Assembly: GCA_004375965.1 (NCBI GenBank) | Contig: SOIS01000152.1 | Location: forward strand, 1-56,940 | DNA length: 56,940 bases | Direction: 5' to 3' | Origin: Candidatus Cloacimonadota bacterium | Lineage (GTDB): Bacteria; Hydrothermota; E44-bin80 | Part shown: in pieces, positions 6,664 through 15,160 of the stretch | Position numbering within the stretch: the stretch's first letter is position 1 | How the letters are laid out: the number at the start of each line of letters is the position of its first letter | The notes under the pieces: generated by a model | Told to the model about the DNA's origin: nothing | The model's database searches: none | What the model saw: only the letters and a program-made list of their open reading frames with translations | Program-made: the position numbers and the translations under genes

Positions 6664-8929
6664 CTTTAAGGCAATCTTTTATCTCGTCCTTTGCCGTGAA
6701 GTACAGAAATTGCCACCCTGTTTTGCTGAGTTCTTGCAAAATAAAAAGTTGACTTTTTAATCTGTCAATATCTGATTTCACAAATGGGTCGTCCATTATA
6801 AAGAATCCCTTTTCGCCCTTCAGGATTTTTTCTCCGAGAGCGAGCCGAATAGAAAGATACAACTGGTCGTAGGCACCACTAGAGAGTTTTTCTGCGCTCA
6901 AGAGTTCACCGTTTTCTGATAAAACCTCCACTCTCCTATTCTCGGTATTATATCCAACATGCTTATACATTCCTTCGGTTATCTTCATAAAATGTGCTGA
7001 AACTGGGCTATTCTTTCCGAAGAGGCTGGTGACCTTTTCCGCTTCTTCTTTCTCTATCTCCTCAAAAATTTCCATAACATTCATGACGGTTTCCCTTTTC
7101 CGTTTGTTTTCTTCGATAAAGGAATTAAGCCTTTCTTTTATTGCATTCAGGTCAACAGTCGTTTTGCAATGCAAATAATCCTCTTCAGATGGAATTATAT
7201 TACTCGTTCTTTTTTCAACTTCCTTTAATTCATCCATAAAGTTGCTCATTCTTTTTTTAATTTCTTTTTCCTCTTCGATGAGAGAGTTCTTTTCGTTCTT
7301 CAAACGAGAAATAGTTTTTTCATCATAATTTATGTCTGTAGCTTTGTCCTTATATACCTCATATTCATCAATCCTCGCATTCCAGTATTGCATTCTCTCT
7401 TCCTCAGTTTTTCTATCAATTCCAAAATAACTTTTCAATATTCCTATCTCTCTATCCCTTACCTTTTCCTGTTCGCTTTTTCTTTGGAGTTTTTCGTTGT
7501 ATTCTTCCTTTGTTTCTACTAATGATTTTCTTTTTATCTTCTCTATACTCTTCTCACCTTTGTTGATTTTACTATGCAAGTCTGGAATCTCCTCTTTAAT
7601 CTTTTTAATCTCCCTTTCCACTATCTCTAAATCGTTTTTAATACTATTACGCTCATTTTCCATTTTTGAGAACTCTTCCTGAAATCTGCTGATATTGAAG
7701 ACTATATCATCGATAGTTTTGCTTGAAAGCCCCAATTTTGCAGACATTAATTTTATTTTTTCAAGCGTTCCTGCAAGCCCTGCTTTTTTCCTCAAGAAGA
7801 ATAAGAGTACAATAAGTAAAGCTATTGCAATTGTTCCAAAGATTGCTATTGAAGACCCAAGAAGAGAAGAATGACTCAGGATATATCCAATAATAGAGAT
7901 ACCGCACAGGAACCCAAATAGTATGTCTAAAATTGTTAAAGTTTTAAGAATTCCCTTTCCTTTCGCAATCTCCCGACTTGCTTTTTCATAATTCTTTATT
8001 TCAGGATTTATGTCTTCATCCAGTCTTTTCTTTCTATCTATGTAGACAGGAAAATCTCGTTCTTTCTTTCCAAGTTCTTTCTTCTTCTCCTTAAACTCAA
8101 CCTCTTTATTGACCAGTTCATTTTCGAATTTGCATTTCTCTTCTATATATTTTTTAATGTCCCGTTCGGTGTCCCTCCAAAGTTCTTCCTCCTCATCATT
8201 GTAAATTTCTAAGTTTTTGATTTCCCTCCCTGCTGTCTTCAGTGAATTCAATGCAGTATTACATTTCTCGTATGTTTCTCTTTGCCGTGCATTTTCGTAA
8301 TCATTAAGTTTCCCATCAATCGTCTCAATACTCCTTTTCTTATTGTATGATTCCTCTTCTAAACTTTCAAATCCTTCCTTTTCAATCTCTTTCTTTAGCC
8401 TTTCAATCTTTTCTATCAGTTTTTCAGCATTTATCAATTTTGTTTTTAATTTCTCATCCTTTTTGTCCCGAAAATCCCCCTCCTTTGGTGTTAATTTACC
8501 GATATCCAGAAGATGGTTTTGGATACGTTTAATCTCATCTGTTCTAAGTCCTGTTAATCTGTTCTGAACATTTCTATAGAAAACGTTCTCTTTATCTATT
8601 GAGAGGTCGCTGCTCCTTATTATAAAAATATCCCTGTATTCCCTTACACTTAATCCTGTATTCTCTGTTAGCTCGCCCTTTTCAGGGAATTTAATCGTTT
8701 TTCCATCTTCCATCTCCATGATAAGATAACCTTCAGGTGTTTCGTCTACCCTGTCAATCTTATCAAAAATCTTTTTCACTCTTTTGAAAAGGAAACGAAC
8801 AATGCTGTCTATCAAGAGGGTTTTCCCCTCTTCGTTTCTTCCAAAGAAGAGGTTGAAATCTTTTAAATAGAAGCGTCCAAGGTCAACAAGTGGTCCATAT
8901 CTTGTGACTATAAATTCCTTGATTCTCAA
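6623..8929 (-). CDS. SMC/SbcC-like AAA ATPase with long coiled coil and central transmembrane hairpin (YhaN-like)
   Basis: 768 aa. Walker A GRNEEGKTLLIDS, ABC-signature-like LSSGAYDQ, Walker B FFIMDDPF. Central TM pair ILFGFLCGISIIGYIL...IAIFGTIAIALLIVLLFFL sits within E/K-rich coiled coil. Confidence 0.8.
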   Translation of the reverse strand: MRIKEFIVTRYGPLVDLGRFYLKDFNLFFGRNEEGKTLLIDSIVRFLFKRVKKIFDKIDRVDETPEGYLIMEMEDGKTIKFPEKGELTENTGLSVREYRDIFIIRSSDLSIDKENVFYRNVQNRLTGLRTDEIKRIQNHLLDIGKLTPKEGDFRDKKDEKLKTKLINAEKLIEKIERLKKEIEKEGFESLEEESYNKKRSIETIDGKLNDYENARQRETYEKCNTALNSLKTAGREIKNLEIYNDEEEELWRDTERDIKKYIEEKCKFENELVNKEVEFKEKKKELGKKERDFPVYIDRKKRLDEDINPEIKNYEKASREIAKGKGILKTLTILDILFGFLCGISIIGYILSHSSLLGSSIAIFGTIAIALLIVLLFFLRKKAGLAGTLEKIKLMSAKLGLSSKTIDDIVFNISRFQEEFSKMENERNSIKNDLEIVEREIKKIKEEIPDLHSKINKGEKSIEKIKRKSLVETKEEYNEKLQRKSEQEKVRDREIGILKSYFGIDRKTEEERMQYWNARIDEYEVYKDKATDINYDEKTISRLKNEKNSLIEEEKEIKKRMSNFMDELKEVEKRTSNIIPSEEDYLHCKTTVDLNAIKERLNSFIEENKRKRETVMNVMEIFEEIEKEEAEKVTSLFGKNSPVSAHFMKITEGMYKHVGYNTENRRVEVLSENGELLSAEKLSSGAYDQLYLSIRLALGEKILKGEKGFFIMDDPFVKSDIDRLKSQLFILQELSKTGWQFLYFTAKDEIKDCLKDEIKKKQISYFEI

Positions 8930-9984
8930 GACATCTCCTCCATCATTGCTCTAATTGCTATATTTCGCATCTCTTTTTGCATCGTACCGTCATAATCTTT
9001 TCCATTAAGTTTTTTCAGGAATTCTTTGAAGAGATCGTCCTCAAGAATAGTTTGGATATCCCTGAACTCTAATACAGGTTCTCCTCCAGATCTATCAATA
9101 CAGATTTCTTTAATTTTCTCGATTAACGTTGTTTCATTCAATCCGATACTTCTGGCGTTGTAATATCCTTTAACCTTTAGTAAAATCTTTGCATTCTTTG
9201 GTAAAGTTTTAAGTTCTTCTTTTAATTTTTCAATCGGTTTCTCATCTTTGAAGGGGTCGAGTTCAATTTCCACATCTTCAAAATAGGGTGTATCAAGATG
9301 ATATTCACTTGGAGGGTGGTCAACCTCGAAGATATTTATCATCCTTCTTCCTGTTTCCCTTTTCGTGATGGAGATGGGAGAACCAGGGTAAACGAAATAA
9401 CAGCCGTTCTTGAGTTCACGCACATCAAAGTTGGTGTGGAAATGGCCTGCTAGTATATAATCTATGTTTAAATCCTCGAAATATTTTAGCCTGACAGGCA
9501 TATATCGTTTGTCACCCTCTTCGCCGAAGTCAGTTCTCGAATAAAAGGTATCAAGGAGTTCGCCGTGAAAAATGAGTATATTCTTTCCATCTTTTCTAAG
9601 TTTCGTTTTTAAGGAATTGATCTTTTCTAAAATATCCTCGCCTCCTATTTCCTCAAAGGGAAGACCTATTATTCTTATTGTCTCAATATCACATGGTTCT
9701 TGTCTTAAGATTTTTACATCGTTCCCAAAGTTGAGACCGTGTTTATAAGCATCCTTATCATGATTTCCCGGTAGTAGATAAATCTTGAAAACTAAATTTG
9801 AAAATAAACCTCGTATTTTCCCCCGCAGGTGTTCAGCACTTACCCCTTTGTCAAAAAGGTCTCCTGCAATGATGAAAATATCTACTCTTTCCTTTTTCCC
9901 TATATCTATCAATGACTTGAGGGCTTTCCACCGTTCATCTTCATATTCCCTTAAATGTATATCACCTGTATGAAGTATCTTCAT
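8926..9984 (-). CDS. metallophosphoesterase, SbcD/YhaO-like DNA exonuclease subunit
   Basis: 352 aa. Motifs HTGDIHL, IIAGDLFD, GNHD and GHFH. A 4-nt overlap joins it to the downstream ATPase gene. Confidence 0.85.
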   Translation of the reverse strand: MKILHTGDIHLREYEDERWKALKSLIDIGKKERVDIFIIAGDLFDKGVSAEHLRGKIRGLFSNLVFKIYLLPGNHDKDAYKHGLNFGNDVKILRQEPCDIETIRIIGLPFEEIGGEDILEKINSLKTKLRKDGKNILIFHGELLDTFYSRTDFGEEGDKRYMPVRLKYFEDLNIDYILAGHFHTNFDVRELKNGCYFVYPGSPISITKRETGRRMINIFEVDHPPSEYHLDTPYFEDVEIELDPFKDEKPIEKLKEELKTLPKNAKILLKVKGYYNARSIGLNETTLIEKIKEICIDRSGGEPVLEFRDIQTILEDDLFKEFLKKLNGKDYDGTMQKEMRNIAIRAMMEEMS

Positions 9985-10037
9985 AAATCTTTTCTCTCCT
10001 TTTCTATTACTTCTTCAGCAATGTTTTGTTACTTATA

Positions 10038-10066
10038 TCTATAGCAGGTAAATAAAAGAAAGTCAA
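10038..10066 (-). promoter_or_regulatory. sigma70-type promoter of the SbcD/YhaN-like operon
   Basis: Reverse complement reads TTGACT, 17 nt, TATAGA. RBS aaggagag precedes the ATG at 9984. Confidence 0.5.
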
Positions 10067-10147
10067 TAGTTTTGCTTGTTTTTACATACTGACATATCTA
10101 CTTTGTATTTCCTAATACTTCGTGTGTCCGCTGTTTAAATCTTTTCC

Positions 10148-10176
10148 TTGACAATTAATTAAACATTTGGTATAAA
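10148..10176 (+). promoter_or_regulatory. sigma70-type promoter placed for a leaderless DUF4321 mRNA
   Basis: TTGACA (10148-10153), 17-nt spacer, TATAAA (10171-10176). The ATG at 10182 begins 6 nt after the -10. Confidence 0.55.
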
Positions 10177-10181
10177 AAATT

Positions 10182-10454
10182 ATGCCATTAAGGAGAAAGA
10201 AACCTTGGATTTTTATTTTTATCATTATTCTAGGTGCAATTGTTGGAAGCGCATTTGGTCAAATACTCGGAATAATCTTGCCTGAAGGGGCAGTTAAAAA
10301 GGTGTTCCTTGAATCGCTCTCCGTTGGAATACCAGAGTTTCATCTAAATCTCGCAATAATCAGTCTCACATTTGGTTTGACATTGAAGGTAAATCTTGTG
10401 GCGATTATCGTCATTATTCTTATGGCATACCTTCTTAGATGGTTCTACTGGTAG
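10182..10454 (+). CDS. DUF4321-like small membrane protein
   Basis: 90 aa. Basic N-terminus MPLRRKKPW, then IFIFIIILGAIVGSAFGQILG, and a second hydrophobic segment near the C-terminus. Confidence 0.7.
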   Translation: MPLRRKKPWIFIFIIILGAIVGSAFGQILGIILPEGAVKKVFLESLSVGIPEFHLNLAIISLTFGLTLKVNLVAIIVIILMAYLLRWFYW

Positions 10455-10490
10455 ACTTACAAGGATAAAGGAAAAAGGAAAAAGGGTTTA

Positions 10491-10970
10491 TTACTCTTTA
10501 TCAACTTTCCATATTCTCTTCAATTCTTCTGTGATTTTTTTTCCCTCTTTACTACGGGGATCGGGTTTATCCTTATCAGTTCTCTCTTTTTTTTCGGTTA
10601 AATTTTTAAAAAATTCAATAATAGAAAGTGTTGAACAACCTAACAGTTTGATCTTCTCCTTCACTTCTCTGTCATCTGTAACTACAATGATTTCACCTTG
10701 TTTTCTCTCTTTTTTTACCATTCTTACTATCGTATCATCTGCTGTTTCATTCTTTGAAAAGATAACATCAATTGGAGGAAAAGGTCGGCGTTTATCGTTA
10801 ATCACATCTTTGCTTCCATCAAATACTATTGAAACCCTGTTTTTAATACTGCCAAATGGTCTAGTAACCATTATGTATTGAATAAATCCATCCCTTGTTT
10901 GATACGATTTTTTCAGTAAGGGTTTTATCTTGAATAGTGCGTTATAACCATCTATGATGTAATGTTTCAT
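10491..10970 (-). CDS. NYN/PIN-like domain protein, YacP/Rae1 family
   Basis: 159 aa. N-terminus MKHYIIDGYNAL and the VVTDD motif are typical of YacP-type NYN ribonucleases. Confidence 0.7.
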   Translation of the reverse strand: MKHYIIDGYNALFKIKPLLKKSYQTRDGFIQYIMVTRPFGSIKNRVSIVFDGSKDVINDKRRPFPPIDVIFSKNETADDTIVRMVKKERKQGEIIVVTDDREVKEKIKLLGCSTLSIIEFFKNLTEKKERTDKDKPDPRSKEGKKITEELKRIWKVDKE

Positions 10971-11098
10971 TTAAATCCATTCAGTGATGATTTCCGGTCT
11001 TGGGTTTGGTATGACAGTCTTATTTATTAAAAGTCCTTTTCTACCAATTACTTCTATCCCTGCTTCCTTTACCTTATCTATTATTTCCCTTCTCTCTT

Positions 11099-13084
11099 CT
11101 ACCTACTACTTACTCCCAACAATTTTTTCACTTCCCGTGTGAGGGATGAACTATCTATTCCCATAGTAAGATATAATGTTTCAGTAGAACCGGAGGGTGC
11201 AAAATCCTTAACCCCAATCTTTTTAAATATTGTTCCCATCCCTGTCTCTGCAATGAGATTACCTACAATGATTCCAATGCCCGAATAGACAAGGTGATCC
11301 TCAAATGTAAATATTGGCCCCTTAAATACTGCCTTCTCTATATCTTCCAGTGAGAGTGCAAGGGGAGCAGAGACATTCCAGATATCGAGGTCAATACCTT
11401 CGTCTTTCAATTCCTCCCATGAATGAATAGCCTCTTTGAGGGATGAACCGTATGTCATAATCACACCCTTTTCTCCTTCACGAACTACTTCCACCTTGCC
11501 ATAACTAAAGGTGTAATCTCCACCAAATAATGGCTTCCCAGTTGTATCAGTAATAACAGGATTTTTTGATCTTCCCATAACAACAAGGAAATTGCCTTCT
11601 TCCTTTGAGATATATCTGATTACACGGTCTGTTTGATTTGGATCGGCAGGGATAATAACCCTGAATCCGGGAAGGTTTCGTGCAAGCCCTAAAAAATCGA
11701 TGCAGTGATGTGTTTTTCCATCCTTCCCAACATTAACACCAGAATGGGTTATGATCACCTTCAGGTTTGTATGATTTATTGCATTTAACCTCTGCTGGTT
11801 GTAAACCTCATCTATTCCGAAAACACCAAAACCTGCAAAGAAAGTAAGTATTCCCTCTATTGATAGAACACCAGCTATCGTGGCTGTATTATGTTCCTGG
11901 ACACCCCCTTCAATAAACCATTCAGGTGCAATTTTCTCAAAGAAAAGGGTTCTCACCGATTCCTTAAGGTCACAATCGAGAGCAACTATAGGGCTTGATT
12001 TTTTCAATCCTTTATTAATCACTGCAATATTTTCAAGCGCTTTTCCAAATGCATCCCTGTTTCCCATCTTATCAGTAATGTTGCAATCGAATGGCTTCCC
12101 CGTTTCAATAACAGATGGTCTATAATAAACCCTCTTCTTTGCTTCGGGGGGTGGTGAATTCTCTCTCCTTTTTTTATAGAAACTAATTCTGTCCTCAATT
12201 CCTATCTCTTTGAGCGCCTTATGACATTCATCAGGAGTCAGTGGTCTACCGTGATAATACTCAGCCGCATTTTCCATGAAAGAGACAGATTTCCCCATAA
12301 TTGTATGGCAGAGTATAGCGTATGGCGATGAGGAATCATTGATACTTTTTCTAATTGCATTATAGATCTCTTCATAGTTGTGTCCATCTATCTCAATTAC
12401 CTTCCATCCATCTGAAAGATAATTCTCCTTTATGTTTACATTCATTATTTCATGAACAGAACCGCTTATTTGTAGTTCATTGTAGTCAATGAGGACAATT
12501 ACGTTGTTAAGGTTGAATTTTCTGGCAAATCTCCTTGCCTCGCCGACCTGTCCCTTTGCCTGCTCAGCATCGCTCATTAATACAAATACATTGTAATCCT
12601 GTTTGTGAATTTTTGATGCAAGAGCAAAACCACATCCAGCTGAAAGTCCCTGTCCTAAATTTCCTGTTGACCACTCGCAACCGGGAACTTCCCTCTCCAC
12701 ATGACCTTCAAAGATTGACCCACATCTCCTGAAATGTGTAAGAGCATCTTCTATAGTAAAAAATCCCAATCTTCCAAGCGTTGAATAACAACCAGCTGAT
12801 GTATGACCATGGCTTATTACAATCCTATCCCTCGATGGATTGTCAATCTTTGATGGATGAATATTCGCAAGACTGTATACTACAATATAGATATCAGCGG
12901 AAGACATTGGGCCACCTGGATGACCTGAAGCTGCAACAGTTGTCATTGTGAGAATATCTCCACGAATGACCTTTCCAAGTTCTATAAATCTTTCCTTTGT
13001 GGGTAAAGAAAGGGTTTTATTCTTAAAAAGAGAGTCTGGTTGTTCTATAAACCAGTCTTTTAGCATAACGTTTTCTTTTTTCAT
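11099..13084 (-). CDS. tkt: transketolase (full-length, N- and C-terminal halves fused)
   Basis: GHPGGPMSSADIY TPP-binding region, plus pyrimidine-binding and C-terminal domains. I prefer the start MKKENV at 13084 because ggaagga precedes it. The ORF is open to 13138. Confidence 0.9.
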   Translation of the reverse strand: MKKENVMLKDWFIEQPDSLFKNKTLSLPTKERFIELGKVIRGDILTMTTVAASGHPGGPMSSADIYIVVYSLANIHPSKIDNPSRDRIVISHGHTSAGCYSTLGRLGFFTIEDALTHFRRCGSIFEGHVEREVPGCEWSTGNLGQGLSAGCGFALASKIHKQDYNVFVLMSDAEQAKGQVGEARRFARKFNLNNVIVLIDYNELQISGSVHEIMNVNIKENYLSDGWKVIEIDGHNYEEIYNAIRKSINDSSSPYAILCHTIMGKSVSFMENAAEYYHGRPLTPDECHKALKEIGIEDRISFYKKRRENSPPPEAKKRVYYRPSVIETGKPFDCNITDKMGNRDAFGKALENIAVINKGLKKSSPIVALDCDLKESVRTLFFEKIAPEWFIEGGVQEHNTATIAGVLSIEGILTFFAGFGVFGIDEVYNQQRLNAINHTNLKVIITHSGVNVGKDGKTHHCIDFLGLARNLPGFRVIIPADPNQTDRVIRYISKEEGNFLVVMGRSKNPVITDTTGKPLFGGDYTFSYGKVEVVREGEKGVIMTYGSSLKEAIHSWEELKDEGIDLDIWNVSAPLALSLEDIEKAVFKGPIFTFEDHLVYSGIGIIVGNLIAETGMGTIFKKIGVKDFAPSGSTETLYLTMGIDSSSLTREVKKLLGVSSR

Positions 13085-13187
13085 TTGACTCCTTCCGATT
13101 AAAACGATTTCTGAAAAACCAGAAATTAGTGTAATCAAGGTCGTTGAATCTTGTTTTCAGCGACCTATTAGTAGCTTATTGACTTTC

Positions 13188-13216
13188 CTTATACAATATT
13201 TTTTAGTATGTGTCAA
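13188..13216 (-). promoter_or_regulatory. sigma70-type promoter of tkt
   Basis: Reverse complement reads TTGACA, 17 nt, TATAAG. This gives a leader of about 100 nt containing a 7-bp hairpin (13107-13126). Confidence 0.5.
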
Positions 13217-13272
13217 ACAATTTCAAAGAGATTTAGGAAAAAATAGATGAATTTAGTTGTTGTTAATATTTC

Positions 13273-13301
13273 TTGACATTGGTTGAAAATTATATTATAA
13301 A
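13273..13301 (+). promoter_or_regulatory. sigma70-type promoter of the M23 peptidase operon
   Basis: TTGACA (13273-13278), 17 nt, TATAAA (13296-13301). Confidence 0.55.
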
Positions 13302-13342
13302 AGGTTATGTCTAACCTTAACCATTAAAAACATGGGGGTAAA

Positions 13343-14407
13343 ATGAAGAAGAAAAGGTATAAATCATATCATCTAATTATTATTCCACATGACAAAACAC
13401 AGTCAAAGAGCTTTATCTTTACAGTAAAAACATTAAAACTCTTAACCTTGGTGACAATAATACTAATAGTAACTTTCTCCACTCTGATAACGCTCCATAC
13501 AAGAAATTTCTGTAGAATTCGAATTGCGCTATTACCAACACTTGATAAGAATACCATTTTGAGAAAAGAGAACAGAGAAATAAAAGAAGAAAACAAAAGC
13601 CTTGAGTTAATGATAGATAGCCTCGCAACTCAGCTCCTTTCAGAAAGAGCAGTTCACCGTGAGAGACTTAAATCTCTAAATGTGCAGGTGAAAAGGGTAA
13701 AAAGGTTTGCTGAGAACCTAAGGATAATGGCAGGATTTAAACTTGAGCCCAAAGAGGCACAACCCCCTGGTCTGGGAGGACCTATTTCCAAAGATAAAGA
13801 TGCTACTTTTCTTTTAACAGCAGATGTGGAGAAGGAAGAGATTCTTTTAGCATTCAGTGCTGCTGAGAGGTCACTATTTAAGAAGGTTTACTCCTCTAAG
13901 AGAAAATTGCAATTTCTTTGGGACTATTTTGAAAACAAGAACTCTTTAATAGAAGGGACACCTGAAATAAAACCTGTCCCTGGGAAAATACTATCAGGAT
14001 TTGGTTATAGAATTGGTCCATTTACTGGAAGAACGGAGTTTCATGGTGGTGTTGATATTCCAGCACCGACAGGAACGAAGATTAAGGCTCCTACTGATGG
14101 CGTTGTTATATTCATTGGTAGAAGGGAAGGGTATGGAAAAGTTATTGAGATTGACCATGGCAATAACTATAAGACAGTGTATGGACATCTCCACACATTT
14201 GATGTAGAAGTCGGGGACAGGGTAAGAAAAGGTGATTTTATTGGTGAGGTTGGTAACACAGGAAGGAGCACAGGATCTCATTTACACTATGAGGTGAGGT
14301 TAAATAATGTTGCTGTTGATCCTGTTACATATTTCAAGAGTGTGGAGGAAAGAAGAGAAGAATTTGAGTCGGAGGAAGAGAGTGTAAGTGAAACAGGGGG
14401 TGAATAG
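13343..14407 (+). CDS. M23 family metallopeptidase (LytM/EnvC-like) with N-terminal TM helix and coiled coil
   Basis: 354 aa. Motifs HGGVDI, GNTGRSTGSHLHYEV, and an N-terminal membrane anchor. Confidence 0.9.
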   Translation: MKKKRYKSYHLIIIPHDKTQSKSFIFTVKTLKLLTLVTIILIVTFSTLITLHTRNFCRIRIALLPTLDKNTILRKENREIKEENKSLELMIDSLATQLLSERAVHRERLKSLNVQVKRVKRFAENLRIMAGFKLEPKEAQPPGLGGPISKDKDATFLLTADVEKEEILLAFSAAERSLFKKVYSSKRKLQFLWDYFENKNSLIEGTPEIKPVPGKILSGFGYRIGPFTGRTEFHGGVDIPAPTGTKIKAPTDGVVIFIGRREGYGKVIEIDHGNNYKTVYGHLHTFDVEVGDRVRKGDFIGEVGNTGRSTGSHLHYEVRLNNVAVDPVTYFKSVEERREEFESEEESVSETGGE

Positions 14408-14416
14408 GATAATTTT

Positions 14417-15160
14417 ATGGTGAAGAAAATATATAAAGATATTGCAACCTATTATGATCGGTTAATGGAGGGCATTAACTATGAAGGGTGGATAGAATAC
14501 ATAAAAAACATATGTGTCCTTAATCAATTGAATCCAAAAACTGTCCTTGACCTGGGATGTGGAACAGGGACTCCTACTCTGTACCTCTTTGAAGAGGGCT
14601 ATAGAGTAATTGGTGTTGACGGGTCCATTGAGATGCTAAAGGTTGCAAAGAAGAAACTGAGTCCATTTAATCCAGTCTTAATCCTGAGTAAATTTGAAAA
14701 TTTCACAATTAAGAAAAAGGTCGACCTTTTGATTTCGCTTTTTGATAGTCTGAACAATATCCTTATTGAAGATGAACTTCTTCGAACATTTATCTGTGCA
14801 GAGAATTGTTTAAGAAAAGGAGGACTTTTCGTTTTTGATTTGAATACCATTTACGGACTTTCACTCATGAACAGTTCCTCAACATTTACAAAAGAGAGCA
14901 GAGGTGTCTACAGTATCTGGAAAAGTAAATTTGATCGAAAGAGATTACAAACAACACTTTCTATTACACTTTTCGTATCTGAAAATGGGAATTATCGAAG
15001 AATAGAGGAAACTCATATGGAAAAGGGATATTCCTTTTATACACTTAAGAGACTCTTGAGAAAGAGTGGGTTTACGAAAATTACCTTCTATGAACATCTC
15101 ACGTTTAGAAGACCACGTTTAAAAACAAAAAGGGTAATGGTTGTAGCAAAGAAGGACTAA
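14417..15160 (+). CDS. class I SAM-dependent methyltransferase
   Basis: 247 aa. SAM motif I VLDLGCGTG. Substrate unknown. Confidence 0.8.
   Translation: MVKKIYKDIATYYDRLMEGINYEGWIEYIKNICVLNQLNPKTVLDLGCGTGTPTLYLFEEGYRVIGVDGSIEMLKVAKKKLSPFNPVLILSKFENFTIKKKVDLLISLFDSLNNILIEDELLRTFICAENCLRKGGLFVFDLNTIYGLSLMNSSSTFTKESRGVYSIWKSKFDRKRLQTTLSITLFVSENGNYRRIEETHMEKGYSFYTLKRLLRKSGFTKITFYEHLTFRRPRLKTKRVMVVAKKD

Noticed and set aside
10396-10881. A 161-aa plus-strand ORF antisense to the NYN gene. Similar antisense ORFs lie at 31217-31738, 32530-32982, 43150-43677 and 48071-48526.
   Set aside because: Each lies entirely inside a motif-supported gene on the opposite strand and has low-complexity composition.
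13085-13138. N-terminal ORF extensions offered by the six-frame track: tkt to 13138, the M1 peptidase from 36771, the PHP gene from 34783, rpmF to 50280 and atpC to 53395.
   Set aside because: Internal starts have SD sequences at proper spacing, restore the expected family N-termini and remove overlaps with promoters, repeats or neighbouring genes.
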